Notes: generated by a model not told the origin, from the letters alone. A stretch of 64,000 bases of DNA from Parvibaculum sp. (GCF_039680535.1 NZ_JBDKSS010000017.1:47650-111649), one strand, 5' to 3'; shown: positions 36,009-44,767, numbered from the stretch's first letter. A program made the numbers and translations.

Positions 36009-36437
36009 GGTCGATTGGTCAGCGTCAAGGACCTCAACAGTCTGGGGATTCGGCGACCTCGCTACCAGTTGGATTATAGGGCAATAGCGTAAACGTAGTG
36101 ATCATCGCTATCCGGTGTGGCCCACCACGACGGCAGGTGCGGCGAACACCAGCGCCACGATCAGGCGCAGGACCGGCGAGCGTAGCGACCCGATGAGGAA
36201 CACCCGTAGGCCATAGGTTGCGGCCCCGGCGACGAGGCCCACGATGCCTGCGCCGATCAGGCCGGAAGCCGGTGGCGTAGGCCAGCGCTGCGCTGCAACA
36301 CTGCCCGTCGGCAGGTTTCGACCGAGACCGACACTTGCTGACCGTCGAGATTTGAGATCGTCAGCATCTCATGACGGCGTCAGTGTGATAGCCGTTTGAC
36401 TTGGTTGGGGCCGAATGGGCCGCGATGGCCCGAAACA

Positions 36438-37280
36438 TCACCCGAACCGGAACGCCGATTCCACTGCCCCCATGACGACATCCGTCAGCGTCTTGCGTCC
36501 CGGATCAGTACCGGCCGCGCCGACCGCGACGTGAAGCGGCAGAAGGTGTTCCTCACGTGGATGGGCGTCACGGGCGGCGGGCGCCTTGTGCCAGGCAGCA
36601 AGCGCATCGATGCGGTTCTCGGGCGTGGCCTTGGTGAGAACCTCCTCCAGCCACGCATCGAAGCGCTGCGACCCAGGGTCTGGAGAACCGACGTCAACGC
36701 CGCCACCGCGCATGCTGGCCATCATGGTCTGCATGTTGTGGTAGGTCATGCCACTGCCGATGATCAGCACGCCTTCGTCGCGCAAGGGGGCCAGCGCCTG
36801 CCCCAGCCGGATATGATCCTCGGCATCAAGGCTCGCCAGCAGAGAGACCTGCACGATCGGGACATCAGCATTGGGGAACGCAACCTTCAAGGGGATGAAC
36901 ACGCCGTGATCAAAGCCCCGGCCGTGATCGTATTTCCAGTCAATGCCCGCCTCGCCCAGCAACGCAGCGATCCGAGCGGAAAGCTCCGGGGCGCCAGCGG
37001 CCGGAAACTTGATCTCATATGTGTGCGGCGGGAAGCCGTAGTAGTCATAAAGGAGCGGCGGCGACGTATTGTTCTGGATTGTAACGACCTCTTCCTCCCA
37101 ATGACCTGATATCAAGACGATGGCCTTCGGGCGCGCGCCGATGTCCTCGGGAATTTGGCGCAAGTAGGCCGCCATCCGATCCCACGTGCCGGGCGGATTC
37201 CACTCCATGAAAAAACAGGGGCCGCCGCCATGGGGCGCGAAGATCGTGGGTAGCCTGCTCAAGGCGCACCTACGATCCAA
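36438..37280 (-). CDS. Class III extradiol dioxygenase (LigB/4,5-DOPA dioxygenase YgiD-like)
   Basis: PTIFAPHGGGP, ISGHWEE and LLPLHVAVGAAG motifs are present. There is no ATG near the N-terminus, so the start is TTG at 37280 or 37262. Confidence 0.75.
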   Translation of the reverse strand: MDRRCALSRLPTIFAPHGGGPCFFMEWNPPGTWDRMAAYLRQIPEDIGARPKAIVLISGHWEEEVVTIQNNTSPPLLYDYYGFPPHTYEIKFPAAGAPELSARIAALLGEAGIDWKYDHGRGFDHGVFIPLKVAFPNADVPIVQVSLLASLDAEDHIRLGQALAPLRDEGVLIIGSGMTYHNMQTMMASMRGGGVDVGSPDPGSQRFDAWLEEVLTKATPENRIDALAAWHKAPAARDAHPREEHLLPLHVAVGAAGTDPGRKTLTDVVMGAVESAFRFG

Positions 37281-37329
37281 GCCCCGACCTGCTGCAGCCG
37301 GGTTCTCCTGAACATTCGAACCGCAGACT

Positions 37330-38187
37330 TCATCCCTTGAAGGCCGCCGCGTGATCTTCGGCGAACTGACGGAAGGTGCGCGGGCGGCGCCCTGTCACCG
37401 CTTCGACCGTATCGGCGACATAAGCCAGATGACCGGCCGGACCCAGAGCGTAAAGCTCGTTCATCAGGTCCGCCAGCTTCTCCGGCATCCCGGCCGACAT
37501 CATCCCTTCCTTTGCCGCGGCGAGCGGGACGTCGACATAGTTGACGCTTCTGTCGAGGACGTCGGACAGAATCGCGGCCATCTCCGCGCAGCTGACCGCC
37601 TCGCCACCGGTAATCGGATACTCCTTGTTCTCGTGTCCGGCCTCGGTCAGGGCCACGACGCCGACCTGGGCAATGTCGCGGGCATCGACCCAGCTAACCT
37701 TGCTATCGCCTAGCGGCATATAGAAAGCGCCCTGCTCACGAATCGTGCCCGCGAACATGAGCATGTTCTGCATGAAGAAGGTCGGCTGGAGAAAAGTGTA
37801 AGCGATGCCCGTCGCCTTCACCTCTTCCTGGTTCTTTCCATGCCAGCGTCCGATTTCGACACCGGCGTCGGGCCCCGCGCCAATGCCCGTCGACATGACG
37901 ATATGCTTCACGCCGGCCGGCTTCGCCGCCTGAATCGCCGCCGATTTCATGGCGATCTGATCGAGATGAAGCGGTGTGACCAGGAACAGCTTGTCCGCGC
38001 CGTCCATGGCGGCGGCCACCGTTTCAGGGCGGGAAAGATCGCCCGCCACCAACTGCACCTTCGTTCCCAGCACGGCCTCGGCCTTGGCCCTGTCACGGAC
38101 CAGCGCCCGGACCCCCACGCCTTTCGCCACGAGTTGCCGCGTCACTTCGGACCCGATATTGCCGGTCGCGCCGATCACCAAAATCAT
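37330..38187 (-). CDS. NmrA-family NAD(P)-binding protein
   Basis: I moved the start to ATG 38187 (MILVIGATGNIGSEV Rossmann motif), which has an AGGAGG RBS. Length is 285 aa. Confidence 0.8.
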   Translation of the reverse strand: MILVIGATGNIGSEVTRQLVAKGVGVRALVRDRAKAEAVLGTKVQLVAGDLSRPETVAAAMDGADKLFLVTPLHLDQIAMKSAAIQAAKPAGVKHIVMSTGIGAGPDAGVEIGRWHGKNQEEVKATGIAYTFLQPTFFMQNMLMFAGTIREQGAFYMPLGDSKVSWVDARDIAQVGVVALTEAGHENKEYPITGGEAVSCAEMAAILSDVLDRSVNYVDVPLAAAKEGMMSAGMPEKLADLMNELYALGPAGHLAYVADTVEAVTGRRPRTFRQFAEDHAAAFKG

Positions 38188-38317
38188 CTCTACGCCTCCT
38201 GAACACTTGCCTTGGGATTGCGGAGCCGCCAGTCGATTGCCAAGACCCCGTCTCTCGCTTAACATCCTAATGGAAGCGACTCTCCGTTGAAAAGTAGGTA
38301 CCCGGCAGTAACTACCC

Positions 38318-38701
38318 ATGACCCGTTTCGCCCATGAGTCGTCTTGTCCCGTCGAAGCGATGTTCCGCGTCCTTATGGGGCCTTGGACAATGTATATCCT
38401 GTGGACCTTGAGGCGGGATGGGCCACTCAGATTCGGTGTTTTGAAGAGGCAGCTGGCTGGTGTTTCGTCCAAGGTGCTGACTGAGCGTTTGCGTTTGCTC
38501 GAAAGCGAAGGGCTTATTTATCGCGAACACAACCCGACGATCCCGCCCGAAGTCACTTATGGGTTGACCGAGAACGGGAGGGAACTGGGCGATGCGCTTG
38601 ACGCCCTCGAAGCGGTCGCACGGCGCTGGGATAGTCGCGGCGCGATTGCGCCGCAGCCGGAGCCACCTTTGGAGCATTCCGCGCGCACAGGACAGTCTTA
38701 A
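38318..38701 (+). CDS. HxlR-family transcriptional regulator
   Basis: CPVEAMFRVLMGPWTMYILWTLR...LKRQLAGVSSKVLTERLRLLESEGLI is a winged-helix HxlR pattern. Divergent from the NmrA gene. Confidence 0.85.
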   Translation: MTRFAHESSCPVEAMFRVLMGPWTMYILWTLRRDGPLRFGVLKRQLAGVSSKVLTERLRLLESEGLIYREHNPTIPPEVTYGLTENGRELGDALDALEAVARRWDSRGAIAPQPEPPLEHSARTGQS

Positions 38702-38778
38702 GATCTTGCGCACGTCTATCAACTTATACCAGCGGCCAGGAGTGCGCTCGACGGGGCGGACAGGGCTCAGGCTGCGGT

Positions 38779-38799
38779 TGTCCGTCGTCAGAACATTTG
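38779..38799 (+). repeat. 21-bp perfect direct repeat, copy 1 (TGTCCGTCGTCAGAACATTTG)
   Basis: Read directly from the sequence. An identical 21-mer recurs at 39479..39499. Confidence 0.9.
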
Positions 38800-38833
38800 C
38801 CGGGCGCCCCAGCTTCCGTCAGGGGAGCCTGTT

Positions 38834-39136
38834 TTGAGCGTACCCGGCAGGTTCGAGTTTACCGACCATCTCTGCCGGATCTGCCTCGGCCGCGTCATGA
38901 TGCGCGTCGACAGGGATCCTCGCGTCAAGAAACGGATCATTCCCGAAGTCCGCGAATTCCGGTGCTCGAACTGCGGCACCACGGGCCGGCAAGTCGTGCG
39001 ATCGATCTGCTGCTGCGGCATGAAGGTTCCCGGAATGGGCCGCAAGGATTTCCGCGATGCCGGCATCCGGTGCCAGCCCAATCCCTCGATCTGCCCCGAG
39101 GTGCCGGCGGAAATCATCGCGAAGGAAACCGCCTGA
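38834..39136 (+). CDS. Hypothetical Cys-rich (zinc-ribbon-like) small protein
   Basis: Two CxxC pairs (CRIC, CSNC) plus a further CCC/C cluster. The start is uncertain: TTG 38834 or the internal ATGs at MMRVD. The stop overlaps the next ORF's ATG. Confidence 0.4.
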   Translation: MSVPGRFEFTDHLCRICLGRVMMRVDRDPRVKKRIIPEVREFRCSNCGTTGRQVVRSICCCGMKVPGMGRKDFRDAGIRCQPNPSICPEVPAEIIAKETA

Positions 39137-39402
39137 TGTACACGGTACCAGCCGACGACGACGACAACGGGCCCTGGCCGATCTTCCGGCACATGCTCGC
39201 CTATCCCGAAATGGCGGAACTCAACGAGATGCTGAAATCCGACATCACCGTCGCATTCCTGATGCGCAGCGGTGAGTGGCGCGAAGGGGGCCGCAGGCTC
39301 CTCAGGTTGTGCTGCATGTCCCTGAGGAACTCCGGAACGTCGTCAGCTATAGCACCGGACCTTGCGACGCCGGAGACATCAGCATCCCAACATGTTCATT
39401 GA
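39136..39402 (+). pseudogene. Probable 5' fragment of a phage/ICE-type putative metallopeptidase gene
   Basis: MYTVPADDDDNGPWPIFRHMLAYPEMAELNEMLKSDITVAFLMRSGEWREGGR resembles the N-terminus of SprT-like phage metallopeptidases. No HExxH follows in any frame before the IS. Weak call. Confidence 0.3.
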
Positions 39403-39478
39403 AGCCCCATAGCAGCCCGCCTGATGCGGTCGCGACGCCAATTGAGGGTGTCCCTACCCTTTTCAACAAAACCCTCTC

Positions 39479-39499
39479 TGTCCGTCGTCAGAACATTTG
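39479..39499 (+). repeat. 21-bp perfect direct repeat, copy 2, abutting or overlapping the IS end
   Basis: Identical to 38779..38799 and starting exactly 700 bp downstream of it. Confidence 0.9.
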
Positions 39500-40346
39500 G
39501 CACTAGGCGGCGTGGACAACTTTGAGCCAGTAGCGAGCAGATGCCAAGAACAACAGGTCGAGGAAGGTCTCGGCGAGCTGGTCGTATCTTGTGGCGATGG
39601 CGCGGTTGATCTTGAGATGTCCGAAGACGCGCTCGATGCAGTTGCGCTCGCGGTAGAGACGCTTGTTGTAACGGATTGCGACTTTACGGTTTGCCTTTGG
39701 CGGAATGACGGCCTTGATACCGCGCCGTTTCAGATCGGCCCGGATCGCGTCGGTGTCGTAGGCCTTGTCGGCGAGCAAAGTCTTTGGCCGATCAGCCTCT
39801 TGCTTCATCAACGCATCATAGGCCGTGGCGTCGTGCGCTTCGCCGGGCGTGATGACAAAGCCGAGCGGGAGACCTTCGCCATTCGTGCGGGCATGGATTT
39901 TACTCGTAAAGCCGCCGCGCGAGCGGCCAAGACCCTGATTTTGGGTCCCCCTTTTGCGCCCGCAGCCTGATGGTGGGCGCGGATAACGGTCGAGTCGATC
40001 ATCTGAATGGTCTTCGGCGCGACGCCACTGTCGGCAAGCGCTTCGAGCAGCAGGTCCCAGAGCCCCGACCGGCTCCATCGCAGAAACTGCCGATAGACAG
40101 AGTTCCATTTGCCAAGTTCCCCGGGCAGATCGCGCCATGGTGCGCCTGTCCTCGTGATCCAGAAGATGCCGTCCAGTGTGCGCCGGTGATCGGACGGCGG
40201 GCGACCACTCAATGGACCGCCAGCAACAACGAACGGCTCGAAAAACTCCCATTCCGCATCGATCATCAAGTCACGAATCAAAACCGCCTCCTCTCGAAAG
40301 GCAGTCTTGAATCACATCACCGCGCGGCCGTGAATCCCTTTGTCAA
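39497..40346 (-). mobile_element. IS5-family (IS427-group-like) insertion sequence, ~850 bp; ends approximate
   Basis: It holds two overlapping transposase frames, and the stop codon lies only ~6 nt from the left end. The weak terminal inverted repeats are TTGGCACTAGG and the reverse complement TTGACAAAGGG. CAGAAC occurs just outside both ends. Confidence 0.75.
39503..40281 (-). CDS. IS5-family transposase, two frames joined by a probable -1 programmed frameshift
   Basis: OrfA (listed 39808..40281) reads EWEFFEPFV...GRPPSDHRRTLDGIFWITRTGAPWRDLP...IRAHHQAAGAKGG. OrfB (frame of listed 39503..40252) reads TQNQGLGRSRGGFTSKIHA...LADKAYDTD...ERNCIERVFGHLK. The frames switch at GCAAAAGGGGGA (plus-strand 39946..39956). 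Confidence 0.8.
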
Positions 40347-40488
40347 CAGAACCTAAATTCGCTTGTTTGCGGTCCGGCGCCATAATAAAAACAGTGCGCA
40401 CGGTTTGCAAACGTCGAAAAACAAGACGAGGCAACCGAACCGGATGGAACATGATCGTTCCTGTCCGGGCTAGGAGGAGGCGAAGGAT

Positions 40489-42300
40489 ATGGCGAAAAAA
40501 GCGATCCGCATCGGCGGGGCGAGCGGCTTCTGGGGCGATGCCGCCATGTCGACGCCGCAGCTTCTTGCGGGCGGCGGCCTCGACTATATCGTCTATGACT
40601 ATCTCGCCGAAATCACCATGTCGATCATGGCCCGCGCCCGCGCCGAGAAGCCAGAGGCGGGCTATGCCACCGATTTCGTCTCGCTGTCACTGAAGCTCAA
40701 CCTCCCGGAGATTGCGCGCCAGAGGGTCAAGATCATTTCCAATGCCGGCGGCGTGAACCCGGAAGCTTGCGCCGCTGCGGTCCGCAAGCTGGTCACTGAC
40801 CGCGGCCTCGATCTGAAGGTCGCTGCCGTCACCGGCGACGATCTGGTCGCGCAAAAGGATCAACTTGCGCAACAAGGCTTCGCTGAAATGTTCTCAGCCG
40901 ACGCCTTTCCAGATCCGTCAAGAATTCTCTCGATCAACGCCTATCTCGGCGCCTTCCCGATTGCAAAGGCGCTGGATGAAGGCGCCGACATCGTCATCAC
41001 CGGACGCTGCGTCGACAGCGCCGTGACGCTCGGCGCCTGTATCCACGAATTCGGCTGGACGCCTGCCGACCTCGACAGACTCGCGGGCGGCAGCCTCGCC
41101 GGTCACATTCTCGAATGCGGGCCGCAAGCGACCGGCGGCAATTTCACCGATTGGGAAAGCGTCATCGACCGGCTTGAGGACATCGGCTATCCGATCGCCG
41201 AAATCTCGGCCGACGGCAGCTTCATCTGCACGAAACCCGAAGGCACCGGCGGCATCGTCAATGTCGGCACCGTCTCGGAGCAGATGCTTTACGAGATCGG
41301 CGATCCGCAGGCCTATATGCTGCCCGACGTCGTCTGCGACTTCTCGAATGTGAAGATCGAGCAGCAGGACCCGGACCGCGTTCTGGTCAGCGGCGCGAAG
41401 GGACATCCGGCCCCTGACACCTACAAGGTCTGCGCGACCTATGTCGACGGCTTTCGCGGCGGTCTGACCATGAGCTTTTACGGCATCGATGCGAGCCGCA
41501 AGGCCGCACGCTTCGCCGAAGTCGTCTATAAGCGCGCGCGCCGCGCGCTGCGCAGCCTCAACCTCCCCGACTTTACGGAAATCAGCACCGAGGTCATCGG
41601 CGCGGAATCGCAATATGGCGACTTCTCCCGCGTCAACGTCGCGCGCGAAGTCGTCGTGAAGATCGCAGCAAAGCATCCCGACGCGACAGGCATCGGCATT
41701 CTGCTGAAGGAAGCGACGGGTCTTGGCCTTGCGACACCGCCCGGTCTTTCCGGCTTTGCCGGCGGACGTCCGAAGCCGACCCCGGTTGCCCGGCTTTTTT
41801 CCTTCGCCATTCCGAAGAACAAGGTTTCGATCTCGGTCGAGATCGATGGAAAGAAGAGCGGCTTCGCCGACACGAAAGGCCAGCGCTTCGATCCCGCCCC
41901 TCTCCTGCGTCCGGAAACGCCAATGGCCGAAGAGACATCGGGGCTCATTTGCGTTCCGCTCGTCGCGCTTGCCTGGGCGCGCAGTGGCGATAAGGGCGAC
42001 AAGTCGAATATCGGCGTGATCGCTCGCCGGGCGGACTACTTTCCCTATATCTGCCGGTCGCTGACGGCGAAGGTCGTGGCGGAACGCTTCGCGCATTTCC
42101 TCAAAGGCGATGTGGAGCGTTTTGTAATGCCGGGGCCACATGCGCTCAACTTCCTGCTGCACAATGTGCTGGGCGGCGGCGGCGTCGCAAGTCTGCGCAA
42201 CGATCCGCAAGGCAAGGGCTATGCGCAATTGCTTCTGGAAGTTCCAATCGAAGTGCCGGCGTCGCTCGCAAGACGCGACAATCTCGAAGCTGCCGTCTGA
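40489..42300 (+). CDS. atuA: AtuA-family (DUF1446) acyclic-terpene-utilisation protein
   Basis: N-terminus IRIGGASGFWGDAAMSTPQLL. Length is 603 aa. An AGGAGGAGG RBS lies upstream. Confidence 0.8.
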   Translation: MAKKAIRIGGASGFWGDAAMSTPQLLAGGGLDYIVYDYLAEITMSIMARARAEKPEAGYATDFVSLSLKLNLPEIARQRVKIISNAGGVNPEACAAAVRKLVTDRGLDLKVAAVTGDDLVAQKDQLAQQGFAEMFSADAFPDPSRILSINAYLGAFPIAKALDEGADIVITGRCVDSAVTLGACIHEFGWTPADLDRLAGGSLAGHILECGPQATGGNFTDWESVIDRLEDIGYPIAEISADGSFICTKPEGTGGIVNVGTVSEQMLYEIGDPQAYMLPDVVCDFSNVKIEQQDPDRVLVSGAKGHPAPDTYKVCATYVDGFRGGLTMSFYGIDASRKAARFAEVVYKRARRALRSLNLPDFTEISTEVIGAESQYGDFSRVNVAREVVVKIAAKHPDATGIGILLKEATGLGLATPPGLSGFAGGRPKPTPVARLFSFAIPKNKVSISVEIDGKKSGFADTKGQRFDPAPLLRPETPMAEETSGLICVPLVALAWARSGDKGDKSNIGVIARRADYFPYICRSLTAKVVAERFAHFLKGDVERFVMPGPHALNFLLHNVLGGGGVASLRNDPQGKGYAQLLLEVPIEVPASLARRDNLEAAV

Positions 42301-42315
42301 TCCGGAGAAGTTCGC

Positions 42316-43938
42316 ATGCCACGCTTCGTCTCGAAAATAAGCACGATGTCGGATGCCTTTAAGGCCAACCGTACGGAAATGATCGAGCTGACCTCCAAGC
42401 TCGAAGAGCTCAACGGCCGGGCCGTCTTCGAATCGGAAAAGCGCAAGCCCCGCTTCGACGAACGCGGCCAGTTGACGCCGCGCGAAAGACTGTCGCGCCT
42501 GCTCGATCCGGGCATGCCCTTCCTCGAAATCGGCAACATGGCCGGCTACATGCTCGACACCAAGGACCCGGCGAAGTCGGTTCCCGGCGGAAGCGTTATC
42601 GCGGGCATCGGCTTTGTTGCCGGTGTGCGCGCGGCGATCCTCGTCGACGATAGCGGCATCAACGCAGGCGCAATGACACAGGCCGGCACCTATCGCCTGC
42701 GGCGCTGTCAGGAAATTGCGCTCGCAAAGAAACTCCCCTTCATCCATCTGGTCGAAAGCGCCGGCGCCGACCTGATGAAATACACGGTCGAGGGTTTCAT
42801 CAGCGGCGGCGGCCTCTTCGCCAATCTCGCGCGGCTGAGCGCGGCCGGCGTTCCCGTCATCACGGTTCTGCACGGCGCCTCGACGGCGGGCGGCGCCTAT
42901 ATGCCGGGTCTCAGCGACTACGTCGTCGCGATCAAGGGACGCGGCAAGGCCTTCCTCGCGGGCCCTGCCCTTCTCAAGGCAGCAACCGGCGAAGTTGCGA
43001 CCGAGGAAGATCTCGGCGGCGCGGAAATGCATGCGAGCGTTTCGGGCCTCGCCGAATATCTCGCCGAGAATGACGGCCATGGGCTGCTGATCGCACGCGA
43101 AGTGGTCGAGCGGCTGCAATGGAATGCGCGCTGCCCCATGCATCTGGCCGCCAGCTTTGCGGAGCCCTATTACGATCCGGATGAGCTCGCCGGTGTCGTG
43201 CCCCTCGACTACAGGAAGCCCTATGACGTGCGCGAGGTGGTCGCCCGCGTCGTCGATGGCTCCGAGCTTCTCGACTTCAAACCGGCCTATGGCGTTTCGA
43301 CCGTCTGCCTGCAGGCGGAAGTCTATGGCCATGCGTTCGGTCTCATCGGCAACAACGGGCCGATCGATCCCGACGGTGCGACCAAGTCCGCGCAGTTCAT
43401 ACAGCTCTGCGATCAGGCGCAGATCCCCCTCGTCTTCTTCCAGAACACGACGGGCTATCTCGTCGGCACGCAATATGAGCGCGCCGGCATGATCAAGCAC
43501 GGCTCGAAGATGATCCAGGCGGTGACGAATGTCAGCGTGCCGCGCCTCACCTTCATGATCGGCGCGAGCTTCGGCGCCGGCAACTACGGCATGTGCGGAC
43601 GCGGCTACGATCCGGATTTCGTCTTCTCCTGGCCGAACACCAAGACCGGCGTGATGGGCGGCGCACAGGCGGCGCGCACCATGTCGCAGGTAATGCTGGC
43701 GGGCGCCGCACGGCGCGGCGCAGCGCTCGACGAGGCACAGATCAAGGCGCAGGAAGACATGCTGACGCAGCATTTCGACGGCCAGTCGGACGCCTTCTAC
43801 ACTTCGGGCCATCTGCTCGACGACGGGCTCATCGATCCGCGTGACACGCGCCGCGTGCTGGGCTTCCTGCTCGAAACCTGCTGGGAGGCGCGCCACCGCG
43901 AGGTGCGGCCGAACAGCTTCGGCATCGCGCGCATGTGA
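42316..43938 (+). CDS. Acyl-CoA carboxylase carboxyltransferase (beta) subunit (geranyl-/methylcrotonyl-CoA carboxylase type)
   Basis: Two-domain carboxyltransferase: RERLSRLLDPGMPFLEIG, GASTAGGAYMPGLSD, NGPIDPDGATKSAQFIQLCD. Confidence 0.85.
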   Translation: MPRFVSKISTMSDAFKANRTEMIELTSKLEELNGRAVFESEKRKPRFDERGQLTPRERLSRLLDPGMPFLEIGNMAGYMLDTKDPAKSVPGGSVIAGIGFVAGVRAAILVDDSGINAGAMTQAGTYRLRRCQEIALAKKLPFIHLVESAGADLMKYTVEGFISGGGLFANLARLSAAGVPVITVLHGASTAGGAYMPGLSDYVVAIKGRGKAFLAGPALLKAATGEVATEEDLGGAEMHASVSGLAEYLAENDGHGLLIAREVVERLQWNARCPMHLAASFAEPYYDPDELAGVVPLDYRKPYDVREVVARVVDGSELLDFKPAYGVSTVCLQAEVYGHAFGLIGNNGPIDPDGATKSAQFIQLCDQAQIPLVFFQNTTGYLVGTQYERAGMIKHGSKMIQAVTNVSVPRLTFMIGASFGAGNYGMCGRGYDPDFVFSWPNTKTGVMGGAQAARTMSQVMLAGAARRGAALDEAQIKAQEDMLTQHFDGQSDAFYTSGHLLDDGLIDPRDTRRVLGFLLETCWEARHREVRPNSFGIARM

Positions 43939-43954
43939 TTTCGGGAGAAGAAAA

Positions 43955-44767
43955 ATGACGACGCTTCCGACGACGACGGCCCTGACCCTCGAACGCGAAG
44001 AGAGCGTACTCCGCATCTGGCTGAACCGGCCCGAAGCACGCAACGCGTTGACCGCCGAAGTGACGGGCGAGCTCGCCGCGGTGCTCGACGCCGTGCGCGA
44101 CGATCGCACGATCCGCACGCTGGTGTTGCGCGGCAAGGGCGGCGTCTTCTGCGCCGGTGGCGACATCAAGGGCTTCAAATCTGGCATGCAGGGCTCCGGC
44201 GACGCGAGAGAAATCGCGCGGGGCAATCGGTCTTTCGGCGATCTGATGATCAAGATCAACGAGCAGCCTCAGGTCGTGGTGATGCTGGTCGAAGGTGGCG
44301 CCGTCGGCGGCGGTCTCGGCCTGTCTTGTGTCGGCGACGTGACCATCGTGGAAAAGGAAACGCGCTTCCAGCTGAGCGAAACGAGCCTCGGCATTCCGCC
44401 GGCACAGATCGCGCCCTTCGTCGTCGAGCGCGTAGGGTTAACGCAGGCACGGCGCCTGATGCTGACCGGTGTGCGTTTCAAGGGCGAAGAGGCGGTGCGT
44501 CTCGGCATCGGGCATTTCCTCGCCGACGGCGCGGAGGACATGGAGCGCATCTGCAAGGATGTGCTCGGTCAGATCGCGAATTGCGCGCCGGGCGCCAATG
44601 CCATCACCAAGGCCATCGTTTTTGAGGCGACGCGCCGCCCGCGCGCCGACGCGCTGGACTTCGCGGCCGAAGGTTTCGCAAGTTGCATGCTGAGCGACGA
44701 AGGCCGCGAGGGCGTCTCGGCCTTCGTCGAAAAGCGCAAGGCCCGCTGGGCCGTGACGGCCGAGTGA
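43955..44767 (+). CDS. Enoyl-CoA hydratase/isomerase family protein (AtuE/LiuC-like)
   Basis: Crotonase motif LRGKGGVFCAGGDIKGF. I set the start to ATG 43955 (MTTLPTTT). Confidence 0.8.
   Translation: MTTLPTTTALTLEREESVLRIWLNRPEARNALTAEVTGELAAVLDAVRDDRTIRTLVLRGKGGVFCAGGDIKGFKSGMQGSGDAREIARGNRSFGDLMIKINEQPQVVVMLVEGGAVGGGLGLSCVGDVTIVEKETRFQLSETSLGIPPAQIAPFVVERVGLTQARRLMLTGVRFKGEEAVRLGIGHFLADGAEDMERICKDVLGQIANCAPGANAITKAIVFEATRRPRADALDFAAEGFASCMLSDEGREGVSAFVEKRKARWAVTAE

Noticed and set aside
33947-36101. Possibility of an intact or novel BREX-like defence system.
   Set aside because: Only the pglZ C-terminus and the brxL N-terminus are present. No brxA/B/C or pglX, no methyltransferase and no complete ATPase or protease are found, so the system is a remnant.
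38779-39499. The 21-bp repeat as a target-site duplication of the IS.
   Set aside because: IS5-family duplications are only a few bp long, and the two copies do not flank the IS. Both lie to its left, so the explanation is kept as an open question instead.
40918-44259. The longest ORF in the window (1113 aa, minus strand).
   Set aside because: It is antisense to the atuA, carboxyltransferase and hydratase genes, all of which have strong recognisable motifs. Its translation is Arg/Ala/Gly/Asp-rich low-complexity sequence with no domain signature. This is a typical shadow ORF of a high-GC genome.
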